From assembly GCA_038139415.1 (NCBI GenBank), contig JAYOSV010000002.1:111697-175696 (forward strand): a stretch of 64,000 nt of DNA, read 5' to 3'. This document shows positions 19,435-30,268 of the stretch, piece after piece. Below the pieces are notes generated by a model that worked only from the letters and a program-made list of their open reading frames with translations, was not told where the DNA came from and ran no database searches. This DNA comes from Verrucomicrobiales bacterium. GTDB taxonomy: Bacteria > Verrucomicrobiota > Verrucomicrobiia > Limisphaerales > UBA1100. The stretch's first letter is position 1; every line of letters begins with the position of its first letter. The translations under genes and the position numbers were made by a program.

Positions 19435-20780
19435 TGATTGAGGATAATGCCAGTACTTCTCCCCCCGCACGCCCCATTTGGGAGGTAGTCGTGTGGGTTT
19501 TGGTAGGGCTGATGGTAGGCTTTGCAGTCGGTGGATTATTGGGCGGTTTGCTGGGTGGGCTTTATGGACAATTTTTCCTGAGCAGCGCTGAGGTCGGAGC
19601 GGGGTTTATCAATGGTGTGAAACAAGGATTCCTGTATGTCGGGGCTGCGGGCGCGTTATTGGGAGGTGGATTGTGCGCTACCTTGCGGTTTAATCCACAG
19701 ACGTTGCGCAAGCTAAAACGGTTTTATGGAATCAAACGTGGATACTGGTCATTGATCCTGTTAGCGGGCGCGTTTTCAATTTCCCTGTTGGGTCAGTTTT
19801 TCGTCAACAACCGGGCTCTGGTTGTGGTGCATGAAGGGCAGACCTATTTTCCGGCCCTCCCGTTTGCCGCATCACACACGGGCGTGGATTTTGGGATGGA
19901 GACGGATGCGGAGGGTCAGGAATACAGTTACGAAGTGAATTACCGTGAGTTAAAGGCGCACTTTCAGTCTGCCGGCAAAGGGACTGTGGTGATGCCGTTG
20001 GTGCCGTATAGTCCGGAGGAAACGCGCCGGATAGGCGACGGTACGCAGCATCCGTCGCCGCCTAATTTCGAGGCGCGCCATTTTATGGGAACGGATCCGA
20101 TCGGGCAGGATATTTTTGCCCGCTTGTTTTACGGGTTTCGCATTACTTTGATCTTTGCGCTGATGTTTACCTTGGTGGTGTATTTGATCGGCGTCGTGAT
20201 CGGTTGCCTGATGGGGTACTACGGGAGTTGGGTGGATTTGCTGGGTCAACGGGCCGTGGAAGTCTGGCAGAATATCCCGTTCCTTTACATGGTTATCATT
20301 GCGGTGGCGGCTGTCAGTGACCTGCCGTTTAAATTACCCGCATGGTTCAAGATTTTGGTGCTACTGATCATCATGGTGCTTTTTAGCTGGACGAGCATGA
20401 CGTATTATATGCGGACATCCATTCTGCGTGAAAAATCACGTGACTATGTGGCGGCCGCGCAGATGCTTGGCGCCAGCACTCCGCGCATCATCTTTAATCA
20501 CTTGCTGCCCAACACAATTTCCACGATAGTGACATTCATGCCATTCACCGTCGCCACCGCGATCATATCGATCACGGCACTGGATTACCTCGGGTTTGGT
20601 CTGCCGTCCGGTACGCCCAGTTGGGGGCGGATGTTGCAACAAGGCGTGGCGAACCTGCATGCACCGTGGATCGTGTTGTCCGCCTTTACAGCGATGGTCA
20701 TGGTGTTGACGCTGGTGACGTTTATCGGCGAAGCCGTGCGGGAAGCCTTTGATCCCAAGAAATTTACAACCTACGAATAA
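19434..20780 (+). CDS. ABC permease (OppC/YejE-like) with extra N-terminal TM hairpin
   Basis: HFMGTDxxGQDIFARLFYGFR, YVAAAQMLGAS, GEAVREAFDPK. Confidence 0.9.
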   Translation: MIEDNASTSPPARPIWEVVVWVLVGLMVGFAVGGLLGGLLGGLYGQFFLSSAEVGAGFINGVKQGFLYVGAAGALLGGGLCATLRFNPQTLRKLKRFYGIKRGYWSLILLAGAFSISLLGQFFVNNRALVVVHEGQTYFPALPFAASHTGVDFGMETDAEGQEYSYEVNYRELKAHFQSAGKGTVVMPLVPYSPEETRRIGDGTQHPSPPNFEARHFMGTDPIGQDIFARLFYGFRITLIFALMFTLVVYLIGVVIGCLMGYYGSWVDLLGQRAVEVWQNIPFLYMVIIAVAAVSDLPFKLPAWFKILVLLIIMVLFSWTSMTYYMRTSILREKSRDYVAAAQMLGASTPRIIFNHLLPNTISTIVTFMPFTVATAIISITALDYLGFGLPSGTPSWGRMLQQGVANLHAPWIVLSAFTAMVMVLTLVTFIGEAVREAFDPKKFTTYE

Positions 20781-20781
20781 C

Positions 20782-22935
20782 ATGAAAACAAAACTGACAG
20801 GATTCCTTCTGGCCGCCGCCTTGATTTGGGCGGGGGGGTGCAATCAAAAGCAGTTGAAGAAACCGGCCTCCACAGGCGACGACAAACCGGCGGCGGCTGC
20901 GGCGATGAGTGAAGATCATGTGCGGCAAATGGCGCAGGTTTTTGCGCAGGAATTTGCCGCGGAATTGAAGCGGCAAAACGTGACGTTGGCCAATGGAGGA
21001 AAAGGTCAAACGGGGCCGGTTGTGCCCACGCCACCCGTGGGCCGCGCCGTGACGCTGAAGAGCGCGCCAGATGTGATGGAGTTTTACGAGGCCAATCCCG
21101 ATGGTTTCACAGTGGCTCAACCCGGCGATTTGCCGTCGGGACTGGAATGGGTGACGGGAGCTGAGTTGGAGGAGTTTGCCAGTCCCGAGGCCAAGCGGGG
21201 AGGCACATTCATGGAATACACGTCGGACTACCCGCGCACACTTCGGTTTGTGGGGCCGGACGCCAATGGGGCGTTTCGGAGTTATATGCTCGATTACAAC
21301 GCGGTGTATCTGGTGATGCCGCACCCGAATGGCGATGGGTATTATCCTGGCCTGGCAAAGGAATGGGCCTATGGGCCAGACGGGCGCACGGTGTTTTTCC
21401 GGATCGATCCTGATGCGCGTTATTCGGATGGCAAGCCGCTCAAAGTGACGGACTTCTTCTTTGGTCTCTACATGATGCGCAGTAAACACATTCAAGCGCC
21501 ATGGTATAATGACTATTTCAGTGATGAGAAATTTGAAAACGTGACGATCTATGATGAGCAGACGCTTTCGATTCGTTTTTATAAGGCCAAGCCGGATGTT
21601 ATTGAAAAGATCGCCGGCTTGCGGCCGGTGCCGGAACATTTTTATGGCGAGTTGGACGAACAATATGTGGAGGATTTTCAGTTCAAATTTGAACCGACAT
21701 TGGGCGCTTATGAGGTGAAAACAGATAATGTGAAGTCCGGCGAATCCGTCACGCTCACCCGCGTGCCTGGTTGGTGGGCGGACAAGAAGCGCTTTTTCCG
21801 GAACCGGTTTAACCCCGATGCCATTAAGGTGACCGTGGTACGGGAGCCGGCCAAGGTGTTTGAATTGTTCCTGAAAGGCGACCTCGACTGGCACGGTTTG
21901 GCCTTGCCGGAATATTGGTATGAGAAATTGCCGGACGACCACGAGCTCGTGAAGAACGGGCATGTGGAGAAGATTCAATTTCACAACGATGTACCCCGGC
22001 CGACTTGGGCGGTGCGGTTGAATTCAAATCATCCGGTTTTATCGAATCAGGATATTCGGGTGGGTATGAACTATGCCCTAAACTTTTCTGCCGTCATCGA
22101 GAAATGTTTCCGTAACGACTACGAACGAATGCGGACGGTGGCCGATGGTTACGGACCTCGTAGTCACCCAAACCTCAAGGCTCGCGCATTCTCGGTGGAA
22201 AAAGCTAAGGAACAGTTCGCCAAGGCCGGCTACACCGAGCTGGGGTCTGACGGCATCCTAAGAACGCCCGCCGGCAAACGACTGTCGTTTGTCTTTACCA
22301 CGCCATACAAGCGACTGGATGAAGCCGGCGTGATGACCGTTCTCAAGGAGGAAGCCAAGAAGGCTGGAGTGGAGCTGCAAGTGGAGGTTATGGAACGCAC
22401 GGCGGCCTGGAAAAAAATCAGTGAGAAAAAGCACGAGATGATGCTGGGTGCGCTGAACACCTCCGTGGAGATGTACCCTCGCTTCTGGGAACCCTACCAC
22501 TCGGACAACGCCTACAAGGAAGACAAGGCAGATCGCTACGATACCAATGGCAAACTCAAGCCGGGCCTGACGCCCAAGCCGGTAACCAACAGCTTTACCC
22601 TTATGGCCGATCAAGAAATTGACGGGTTGATCGAACGCTATCGGGAAAGCGAAGACCTTAAGGAGATCACGCAATTGTCGCACAAGTTGATCCAGAAAAT
22701 TCACGACCACGGCGCTTATGTGCCCGGTTGGGTCCGCCCGTGGTATCGCGTGGGCCAATGGCGTTGGGTGAAATATCCCAAGGATTACAACGTGCGCGAG
22801 AGTCGCGAGCCGTTCGAATTCCACATCCACTGGATCGATTCGGACGAAAAGGCCCGTACGCTCAAGGCGATGGAGGATGACAAAGCTTCCGGGGCTGCGT
22901 CGATTCGGGTATTCGATAAGTATAAGCTCGATTAA
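20782..22935 (+). CDS. Family 5 solute-binding lipoprotein (YejA/OppA-like)
   Basis: Lipobox [31 protein letters not shown]. Confidence 0.88.
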   Translation: MKTKLTGFLLAAALIWAGGCNQKQLKKPASTGDDKPAAAAAMSEDHVRQMAQVFAQEFAAELKRQNVTLANGGKGQTGPVVPTPPVGRAVTLKSAPDVMEFYEANPDGFTVAQPGDLPSGLEWVTGAELEEFASPEAKRGGTFMEYTSDYPRTLRFVGPDANGAFRSYMLDYNAVYLVMPHPNGDGYYPGLAKEWAYGPDGRTVFFRIDPDARYSDGKPLKVTDFFFGLYMMRSKHIQAPWYNDYFSDEKFENVTIYDEQTLSIRFYKAKPDVIEKIAGLRPVPEHFYGELDEQYVEDFQFKFEPTLGAYEVKTDNVKSGESVTLTRVPGWWADKKRFFRNRFNPDAIKVTVVREPAKVFELFLKGDLDWHGLALPEYWYEKLPDDHELVKNGHVEKIQFHNDVPRPTWAVRLNSNHPVLSNQDIRVGMNYALNFSAVIEKCFRNDYERMRTVADGYGPRSHPNLKARAFSVEKAKEQFAKAGYTELGSDGILRTPAGKRLSFVFTTPYKRLDEAGVMTVLKEEAKKAGVELQVEVMERTAAWKKISEKKHEMMLGALNTSVEMYPRFWEPYHSDNAYKEDKADRYDTNGKLKPGLTPKPVTNSFTLMADQEIDGLIERYRESEDLKEITQLSHKLIQKIHDHGAYVPGWVRPWYRVGQWRWVKYPKDYNVRESREPFEFHIHWIDSDEKARTLKAMEDDKASGAASIRVFDKYKLD

Positions 22936-22936
22936 C

Positions 22937-23926
22937 GTGTCCGACGCCGCATCAGATAACGTGCTGGAGGTGCGCAACCTCGTCACGGCGTTCGACACCG
23001 ATGCCGGTCAATTGACCGCGGTGGATGGCGTGAGCTTTGATGTTCGGCGCGGTCGTACGTTGGGGATTGTGGGAGAAAGCGGTTGCGGCAAGAGCGTCAC
23101 CGCCATGAGCATCATGCGGTTGCTGCCGCAGCCGATGGGGAAGATTCTTCAGGGCAACGTGCAGTTTGATGGGGTGAACCTCGCTACCTTGCCACGTGAT
23201 GACATGCGGTCTATTCGCGGGAACCGGATCAGTATGATTTTTCAGGAACCAATGACGGCCCTGAATCCCGTGCATACTATTGGTAAACAAATCTGTGAAG
23301 TGCTCACCCAGCACAATGAACTCGATCCGGACGTTGCATGGAATCGGGCGGTGGAGATGCTCGATAAGGTGGGTATTCCGTCACCGGAAATACGTGCCAC
23401 CGAATATCCGCATCAACTGTCCGGCGGTATGCGGCAGCGTGTGGTGATCGCCATTGCATTGGCGTGTGGCCCTGAACTGGTCATTGCCGATGAGCCGACC
23501 ACGGCACTCGATGTGACGATTCAGGCGCAGATTCTGGGTTTGATGAAATCACTGCAGCGTGACCTTGGGATGTCCATTATCCTCATTACACATGATCTGG
23601 GTGTGATTGCCGAAACTTGTGATGAGGTGTGTGTTATGTACGCCGGGCGCGTGGTGGAGCGGGGAGATGCTAAGGAGTTATTTGCCAATCCGCGACATGC
23701 CTATACGCAGGGTTTGCTAAGTTCCATTCCGCGACTCAATGGGGTTCCAAAGTCGCGACTCACTACTATCGATGGCATGGTGCCGGCCTTGAATGAACTC
23801 CGGCCCGGTTGCCGTTTCTGTCCTCGAAGTGAGAGGGATTATGAACCGCATCATCTAGAAGTAAGACCGGACTTTGTAGAAATTTCATCCGGTCATTGGG
23901 TGGAAGCTTGTCCGGTATGTACGTGA
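22937..23926 (+). CDS. ABC ATPase (OppD/DppD-like)
   Basis: [46 protein letters not shown]. Confidence 0.93.
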   Translation: MSDAASDNVLEVRNLVTAFDTDAGQLTAVDGVSFDVRRGRTLGIVGESGCGKSVTAMSIMRLLPQPMGKILQGNVQFDGVNLATLPRDDMRSIRGNRISMIFQEPMTALNPVHTIGKQICEVLTQHNELDPDVAWNRAVEMLDKVGIPSPEIRATEYPHQLSGGMRQRVVIAIALACGPELVIADEPTTALDVTIQAQILGLMKSLQRDLGMSIILITHDLGVIAETCDEVCVMYAGRVVERGDAKELFANPRHAYTQGLLSSIPRLNGVPKSRLTTIDGMVPALNELRPGCRFCPRSERDYEPHHLEVRPDFVEISSGHWVEACPVCT

Positions 23927-24924
23927 TGGATACGTCGACCCCCATTTTAAAAACGGAAGACCTCCGGATGCATTTTCCGGTTAAGGGCGGAGTATTCCGG
24001 CGTGCATTGGCTTCATGTAAGGCTGTGGACGGGGTCAGTCTATCCATAGAGCATGGAGAAACCCTCGGATTGGTTGGAGAGAGCGGTTGTGGTAAGAGTA
24101 CGTTTGGTAAAACGATTGCACGACTTTATGAGCCTACTGAGGGAGCTATCCGTTTTGAGGGGGTTGATTTAGCCCCAATGTCACGAGGCCAATTGAAACC
24201 TTATCGGCGCGAGATACAAATGATTTTTCAGGATCCGTATGAGTCTCTGAATCCGCGACATACCATCGGAACGATTGTGGAGGAACCGTTTGTGATCCAC
24301 GGGATGGGTACTCGCAAGGAGAGGCGGGAATGGGTGGCGGAATTGCTGACTAAGGTGGGCTTGTCGGAATCCGCAATGAACCGGTTTCCATTCGAATTCT
24401 CCGGTGGGCAGCGGCAACGCATCGGTATCGCGCGAGCATTGGCTTTAAAGCCGAAATTGCTGATTTGTGATGAGCCGGTGAGTGCGTTGGATGTGTCGAT
24501 CCAAAGTCAGGTACTTAATTTACTGATGGAACTACAGCGGGAGATGGGACTGAGTTATCTCTTCATTTCGCATGACTTGGCGGTGGTTAAGCACATCAGT
24601 GACCGGATTGCGGTGATGTATCTCGGGCGAATTGTGGAATTGGCACCGGCGGCGGAGATCTACGTCAACCCGATTCATCCGTATACCAAGGCATTGATTT
24701 CAGCGATTCCTGTGCCCGATCCGACGCATGAGCCGGATCGGGTGATTCTAGAGGGAGATGTGCCGTCGCCGATAGACCCGCCCGAAGGCTGTCGGTTCGC
24801 GCCTCGTAGCGGGATTGAGCATGCTCCCGAGACGCTGTTGGTCCAGTCACCGTTCCGCGAAATCTCCCCGGGCCACTGGGTGGAGGCGTGTCCGGCTTGT
24901 GTGCCGGACGGGAGATTGCTGTAA
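23926..24924 (+). CDS. ABC ATPase (OppF/DppF-like)
   Basis: [47 protein letters not shown]. Confidence 0.93.
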   Translation: MDTSTPILKTEDLRMHFPVKGGVFRRALASCKAVDGVSLSIEHGETLGLVGESGCGKSTFGKTIARLYEPTEGAIRFEGVDLAPMSRGQLKPYRREIQMIFQDPYESLNPRHTIGTIVEEPFVIHGMGTRKERREWVAELLTKVGLSESAMNRFPFEFSGGQRQRIGIARALALKPKLLICDEPVSALDVSIQSQVLNLLMELQREMGLSYLFISHDLAVVKHISDRIAVMYLGRIVELAPAAEIYVNPIHPYTKALISAIPVPDPTHEPDRVILEGDVPSPIDPPEGCRFAPRSGIEHAPETLLVQSPFREISPGHWVEACPACVPDGRLL

Positions 24925-24971
24925 CGAGTTGATCCGTTGGGGCGTATATGCTAGGAAACTTGAAAGGGGAT

Positions 24972-25343
24972 ATGAAAATTCAATCAGGCAAACAACGAGG
25001 GTTCACATTGGTGGAAATTATGGTCGTGGTGGCGATCATCGGGTTGCTGGCAGCAATCGCGATACCTAATCTTTTGAACGCGAGAAAAGATGTTCAAGCG
25101 ACGGCTTGTCAGGCGAATCTAGATAAAATCAAGCTGGCGATGGAAACGTATTTGTTAAAAAAACGGTTGAGTGGCGATGAAGAGGTTTCTGATGAAGCGT
25201 TGGCCCAAATGTTCGAAGAAGGGATCCCAAAATGTCCTGGCGGGGGAACTTACGAATTTTCAACTTATAATGAAAAACCGGTCTGTTCCGTCAGAGAACA
25301 TGCCAGAGTAGACAGCGAAGAGGAAGAACCCGTGGGTTACTAG
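24972..25343 (+). CDS. Type IV pilin/pseudopilin-like protein
   Basis: Class III signal QRG|FTLVEIMVVVAIIGLLAAIAIP. Confidence 0.92.
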   Translation: MKIQSGKQRGFTLVEIMVVVAIIGLLAAIAIPNLLNARKDVQATACQANLDKIKLAMETYLLKKRLSGDEEVSDEALAQMFEEGIPKCPGGGTYEFSTYNEKPVCSVREHARVDSEEEEPVGY

Positions 25344-25348
25344 TTAGC

Positions 25349-25702
25349 ATGATCTCGAGTTCGCAGCGTGCGTTTGGAATTGTGGATGGTCTGTTGATTC
25401 TTGCGGTTTTGGTAGTGGGGGCGGCTGTTTTAATTCCATACACCGTTTCTGAGAAACAGGATCTCAGTATTCAAAAGTGTGTTAAAAACCTGCGTGAAAT
25501 TGATAAGGCGATGCGTTTATGGCAATTGGATAATGCCAAGTCGATGGATGCGCCAGTGACGTTTGCTGAAATAGTTGAGTATTTGGCTGAAGGTGTTTCC
25601 ACAAATTGTCCAAGCGGTGGTATTTATGTGGTTACGGGATTGACGAATCCTCCTGCGTGCACGATTCCCGGACACGCGCTCAGTAACGAAGGCGGGGATT
25701 AA
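25349..25702 (+). CDS. Second pilin-like protein with degenerate prepilin signal
   Basis: QRA|FGIVDGLLILAVLVVGAAVLIP; CxxNLxxID and CPSGGxY motifs shared with the upstream pilin. Confidence 0.8.
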   Translation: MISSSQRAFGIVDGLLILAVLVVGAAVLIPYTVSEKQDLSIQKCVKNLREIDKAMRLWQLDNAKSMDAPVTFAEIVEYLAEGVSTNCPSGGIYVVTGLTNPPACTIPGHALSNEGGD

Positions 25703-26493
25703 GCCCAGCGACTTCGCAATTCTTCGGGGGTATCTCCTTGCTCACGAAATTCACGCAAACTGAGGGCGTGGTTGCGTTTGGCAAGGCGGTTGCCGTCAGC
25801 ATCAAGCATCAGGTCGCAATGATAAAATGCCGGGGCAGTGAGGTCGAGGGCACGGTAGAGCAGGAGCTGGCGTGCTGTGGAGATGAGCAGATCGGCGCCA
25901 CGAACGACCTCGGTAATTAGCTGAGCGGCGTCGTCCACCACGACGGCGAGTTGGTAGGAGGGGATGCCGTTCTTCTGCCATACCGGGAAATCCCCGAAAT
26001 CGTGTCCGGCCACAAACTGTTGCGGGCCGTAATGTGCGTCCTCGAATGTGATGGACTCCCCGTCGGGCACGCGGAAACGCCAGTTACAGTTCTCCTCGGG
26101 CGATTTGGATTGTGTCCGGCACGTTCCGGGGTACAGGGTTTCGCGGCCTTCGCTGTGCGGTGCGGCTACGGCGTTTTCAAGGTCGCGCCGGGTGCAGGTG
26201 CAGGGAAATAAGTAACCCGATTGTTTGAGCTGCTGGAAAGCCTTCCGATACAGTTCCAGCCGATCGGATTGATGTACGATATCGCCTTTCCAGTTAAGGC
26301 CGATCCATTGACAATCTTCCATGGCGGCCTCGGTATATTCTGGTTTGCAACGGGCAGTGTCTAAATTTTCATTGCGATATAGTAGCGTGCCGCCGACGGC
26401 TTGGGCACGCTCTTGGGCGATCCAAAAAGTACGGGCGTGCCCCAGATGTAGGTAGCCGGTGGGTGTGGGGGCTAGTCGGCCGCGGTAGCTCAT
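25699..26493 (-). CDS. gluQ: Glutamyl-Q tRNA(Asp) synthetase
   Basis: RLAPTPTGYLHLGH, CTC..YPGTCR zinc motif, YQLAVVVDD, RGADLL, RLAKR; no anticodon-binding domain. Confidence 0.9.
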   Translation of the reverse strand: MSYRGRLAPTPTGYLHLGHARTFWIAQERAQAVGGTLLYRNENLDTARCKPEYTEAAMEDCQWIGLNWKGDIVHQSDRLELYRKAFQQLKQSGYLFPCTCTRRDLENAVAAPHSEGRETLYPGTCRTQSKSPEENCNWRFRVPDGESITFEDAHYGPQQFVAGHDFGDFPVWQKNGIPSYQLAVVVDDAAQLITEVVRGADLLISTARQLLLYRALDLTAPAFYHCDLMLDADGNRLAKRNHALSLREFREQGDTPEELRSRWA

Positions 26494-27383
26494 GAATCTA
26501 AGAATCGACGGGTGATGGCGTCGTATGCGTCGATCCTGCGGTCTCGCAGGAATGGCCAATGGGTTCGGGCTTCGTTGACTCTGGCACGGTCTATTTCCAC
26601 CAGCAGCGTTTCGTTTTGATCAACGCTGCCTTGGGCGATGATTTCGCCGCTCGGATTGCAGGCAAAGCTTTGTCCCCAAAATTCCAGCCCCTCACCGCCG
26701 TCCGGCGATTCATGGCCCACGCGGTTAATTGCGGCAACATAACAGCCGTTGGCAATGGCGTGGCTGCGTTGGATGGTTTGCCAGGCAGCGTGCTGGGCCT
26801 TGCCTTCGGCGACTTTTTCAGCGGGATGCCAGCCGATGGCTGTGGGGTAAAGAATGAGCTCAGCCCCAGCCAGAGCGGTGAGCCGGGCGGCCTCCGGGAA
26901 CCATTGATCCCAGCAGATCAATACGCCAATGCGGCCGTATGCTGTGTCCCACGCGCAGAAGCCCTGATCGCCGGGGGTGAAGTAAAATTTCTCGTAATAC
27001 AGAGGATCATCCGGGATGTGCATTTTCCTGTAAGTGCCGAGCAAGGTGCCGTCGGCATCAATGATGGCGGCAGAATTATGGTACAGCCCAGCGGCGCGTT
27101 TCTCGAATAGAGAAGCGAGAATCACCACGCCTTCGGCACGGGCCAATTCCTGAAATGCCTCGGTTTTCGGACCGGGAATCGGCTCTGCGAGATCAAAATT
27201 CTCGTGACTCTCCGATTGGCAAAAGTACTGGGAGGCAAAGAGTTCCTGCGTGCAAATGATCTGGGCTCCGGCTTGAGCGGCGTTTTTCGCGGCATTCAGC
27301 GTATAATCTAAATTATGCGCCGGATCAGCGTTGCACGCGTGCTGCAACATGCCTAGCGTGATTATTTCAGGGGCTTTTTCCAT
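26490..27383 (-). CDS. Carbon-nitrogen hydrolase (N-carbamoylputrescine amidase-like)
   Basis: Glu-Lys-Cys triad: QELF, YRKMHIPDDP, ICWDQWFPE. Confidence 0.88.
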   Translation of the reverse strand: MEKAPEIITLGMLQHACNADPAHNLDYTLNAAKNAAQAGAQIICTQELFASQYFCQSESHENFDLAEPIPGPKTEAFQELARAEGVVILASLFEKRAAGLYHNSAAIIDADGTLLGTYRKMHIPDDPLYYEKFYFTPGDQGFCAWDTAYGRIGVLICWDQWFPEAARLTALAGAELILYPTAIGWHPAEKVAEGKAQHAAWQTIQRSHAIANGCYVAAINRVGHESPDGGEGLEFWGQSFACNPSGEIIAQGSVDQNETLLVEIDRARVNEARTHWPFLRDRRIDAYDAITRRFLDS

Positions 27384-27568
27384 GACGTCAGAATCGGCGG
27401 GGATGTTCTCCGTGCAGACTGTCAAGTCAAGCTTGTGCTGAAAAAACAGAGTTATTTGAGAATATCTTTTGGTGAGAAGCCCAGTTTTTCACTTGCTGAT
27501 TGGGGCGAAACATCCGTTTACTGCGGGCAGTCGCAGGGCGACAAATCTTAACCAAAGGAGAAAAACAA

Positions 27569-27856
27569 ATGGCGAAACTGACGAAAACCCAAACGATTGC
27601 TGCCGTGGCTGAGGCTGCCGACATTTCCAAGGCGCAGGCCAAAACCGCGCTGGATACGGTGGCGAGCTTGGCTTACGACAATGCGAAAGATGGCTTCACG
27701 ATTCCCGGAGTGGGCAAAGTGAGCGTGCGGCAAACCAAGGCCCGCAAAATGATCATGCGCTTCGGCCCGAACGAAGGTAAGGAGATCGATGTGCCGGCCA
27801 AGACCAAACTGAAGTTCACGTTCCTGAAAGCCGCCAAGGAAGAAATCCTCGGCTAA
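27569..27856 (+). CDS. HU-family DNA-binding protein
   Basis: TKTQTIAAVAE, FTIPGVGK, PAKTKLKF; SD AAGGAG. Confidence 0.9.
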   Translation: MAKLTKTQTIAAVAEAADISKAQAKTALDTVASLAYDNAKDGFTIPGVGKVSVRQTKARKMIMRFGPNEGKEIDVPAKTKLKFTFLKAAKEEILG

Positions 27857-27873
27857 CTGAAACGAATTCTCAC

Positions 27874-27901
27874 GGGCGTCCCGCAAGGGGCGCCTTTTTT
27901 T
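27874..27901 (+). terminator. Intrinsic terminator after HU gene
   Basis: GGGCGTCCC-GCAA-GGGGCGCCT hairpin plus T run. Confidence 0.85.
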
Positions 27902-27929
27902 GTGACTCCATTTTCTGTAGAGTAACCTC

Positions 27930-28898
27930 ATGAAGGTCGGTGTGGTTGGTGTGGGCGCGTTGGGAGGCTACTACGGTGGCCTGTTGTGCAGCGCTGGTGC
28001 CGAGGTGCATCTGCTGTTGCGCAGCGATTACGATATGGTACGAGGCAACGGTATTCGGATCGAGAGCGATGGTGAATCCATCACTGTGCGGCCGCATTGC
28101 CATCACCAGCCTGAATCGATCGGCGAATGTGACCTTGTTCTGGTTTGCCTGAAAACCACTGCCAACGATCGCTATCAGCAATTGATCGGGCCATTAATTG
28201 GGCCGGATACAGCCATCGCCTGTCTGCAAAACGGTTTGGGCAATTGCGAGCAATTGGCGACGCTCTTTAATCCGGAACAGATTTTGGCTGGTTTGTGTTT
28301 TGTGTGCCTGAATCGCACTGCCCCCGGAGTAGTGGCGCATCAGGGGTTTGGCAAAATTGTGCTGGGCGAATTCGGCCGGACCGCGTTGCCGCGTACGCAG
28401 GCGATTGCGGATTTGTTTCAAAAGGCTAAGGTGCCCTGTGAGGTGGTTGATCGACTGGATGAAGGTTTGTGGGGTAAATTGATGTGGAACATCCCGTTTA
28501 ATGGCCTAGGCGTCGCCGCGTCCGCTGGCTGGGATGGGCTGCAATCGGGAATTCTACCGGAAGATTTGGGCTCGCCGTGGCCGACGGATCAGTTATTGGC
28601 TGACCCGCGTTGGGAAGGGGAGGTGCGAGCGTTGATGCAGGAAATAATTGTGGCCGCTGCCGCTCAAAAGATTGTCCTGCCTCCGGAATTGGCTGATCGT
28701 ATGGTGACCAATACCCGCGCCATGGGGGCATATCGCGCCTCCACCGTCATCGATTTTGAATTCGGCCGGCCGATGGAGCTGGAGGGGTTATTTTTGGAGC
28801 CACTACGGCGGGCGCAGTCCGCGGGCGCGGCGATGCCGCGGTTAGAGGCGCTTTGTGTTGTTTTGGAAAAGCTAGCCCGTTATCCTCCGCGTGCATGA
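27930..28898 (+). CDS. panE: 2-dehydropantoate 2-reductase family
   Basis: GVGALGGYYG, LQNGLG, WGKLMWNIPFN, ST..D...RPMELE. Confidence 0.85.
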   Translation: MKVGVVGVGALGGYYGGLLCSAGAEVHLLLRSDYDMVRGNGIRIESDGESITVRPHCHHQPESIGECDLVLVCLKTTANDRYQQLIGPLIGPDTAIACLQNGLGNCEQLATLFNPEQILAGLCFVCLNRTAPGVVAHQGFGKIVLGEFGRTALPRTQAIADLFQKAKVPCEVVDRLDEGLWGKLMWNIPFNGLGVAASAGWDGLQSGILPEDLGSPWPTDQLLADPRWEGEVRALMQEIIVAAAAQKIVLPPELADRMVTNTRAMGAYRASTVIDFEFGRPMELEGLFLEPLRRAQSAGAAMPRLEALCVVLEKLARYPPRA

Positions 28899-30229
28899 GT
28901 GTCCGAGTACGTTTTGCGCCCAGTCCCACGGGCTACCTGCACATTGGTGGTGCCCGCACGGCGTTATTTAATTGGTTGTATGCCCGCCATACAGGCGGGA
29001 AATTTGTGCTGCGCGTTGAGGACACGGATGAAGAGCGCAACACGCCAGAGGCAATCAATGTGATTCTCGAAGGGCTCCGCTGGCTGGGATTGGATTGGGA
29101 TGAAGGCCCGGCGAGTAACGATCCGACCGGCGACAGCGTGGGTGATCGTGGGCCGTATTATCAATCCCAGCGCGCGGAGATCTATGCGCGACGCGTGGAG
29201 GAGCTGATGGCCAAGGGGCTTGCCTACGAGGATGAGGGCGCCATTCGGTTTCGCATGCAACGCGAAGCGGTGACCATCCCGGATGTGATCTGTGGCGATG
29301 TGGTGCGGGAATTGACCGATCGCGAACAGGAACAGCCCGATTTCGTGATCGTGCGTTCAGACGGCAAACCGGTGTTTCATTTGGTTAACGTGGTGGACGA
29401 CATCGAGATGGGCATCACACACGTGATTCGTGGGGAAGATCATCTATCCAACACAGCCAAGCATATCGCACTGTTTCGCGCGTTCGACGTGGAGCCGCCG
29501 CAGTTCGCGCATATCCCGCTGATCCTTAATGCCAACGGTAGCAAGATGAGCAAGCGCGACGAAGGCGCCTCATTGGAGGGCTGGCAACAGGCCGGCTACG
29601 TGCCCAGTGCGGTGACCAATTATCTGAGCCTGCTCGGTTGGTCGCCCAAGGACGATTCTCAGGTGATGCCGTTAAGCGAAATCATCGAGCGTTTTGATCT
29701 GCCGCAAATCAATCGGGCTAATGCGCGGTTTGATTTGGAGAAACTGCAGTGGATGAATTACGAGCACTTACGTGGCTTGCCGATGGCCGATTACCGCGAA
29801 CGGGCTGTGGTCGCCGGGGTAGATTTCGGAGGCGCCAGTGAGGACTACATTGCGGCCGCCTTGAGCACCTGCCGAGACAAGGTGAAGCAGGTTGAGGATC
29901 TGCCGACATTCTGTAGTTTCTATTTCACCGACGAGTTCGATTACGACGAAAACATGGCCGTCAAGGCCTTTGCCCCAGACAACAAGGAACCGTTTGCGCG
30001 GCTGCGCGAGGTGTTTTCGGGCGTTGAGGACTTCACGCCGGAGCCCTTGGAAGCGGCGCTGAAAGCCCTGGCGGAGGAATTGGAGGTGAAAGTGCGCGTA
30101 CTCGTGATGCCCGCGCGCTGCGCCTGTACGGGAGTGAAAGTGGGCCCCAGTCTCTACGACCTGATGGCGGTGCTGGGGCGGGATAAGGTTTTGGCAAGAT
30201 TCGACAAGGCGTTGGCGGCGATGAATTGA
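28895..30229 (+). CDS. gltX: Glutamate--tRNA ligase
   Basis: RFAPSPTGYLHIGG, HVIRGEDHL, KMSKR, anticodon-binding domain. Confidence 0.96.
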   Translation: MSVRVRFAPSPTGYLHIGGARTALFNWLYARHTGGKFVLRVEDTDEERNTPEAINVILEGLRWLGLDWDEGPASNDPTGDSVGDRGPYYQSQRAEIYARRVEELMAKGLAYEDEGAIRFRMQREAVTIPDVICGDVVRELTDREQEQPDFVIVRSDGKPVFHLVNVVDDIEMGITHVIRGEDHLSNTAKHIALFRAFDVEPPQFAHIPLILNANGSKMSKRDEGASLEGWQQAGYVPSAVTNYLSLLGWSPKDDSQVMPLSEIIERFDLPQINRANARFDLEKLQWMNYEHLRGLPMADYRERAVVAGVDFGGASEDYIAAALSTCRDKVKQVEDLPTFCSFYFTDEFDYDENMAVKAFAPDNKEPFARLREVFSGVEDFTPEPLEAALKALAEELEVKVRVLVMPARCACTGVKVGPSLYDLMAVLGRDKVLARFDKALAAMN

Positions 30230-30268
30230 TTTTTTGCGTGGGATTTCCTCCAATGCGCAAGGACGAAC

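Noticed and set aside
25699..30229. Apparent duplicate glutamyl-tRNA synthetases
   Set aside because: Explained by the known GluQ paralogue plus ordinary GltX
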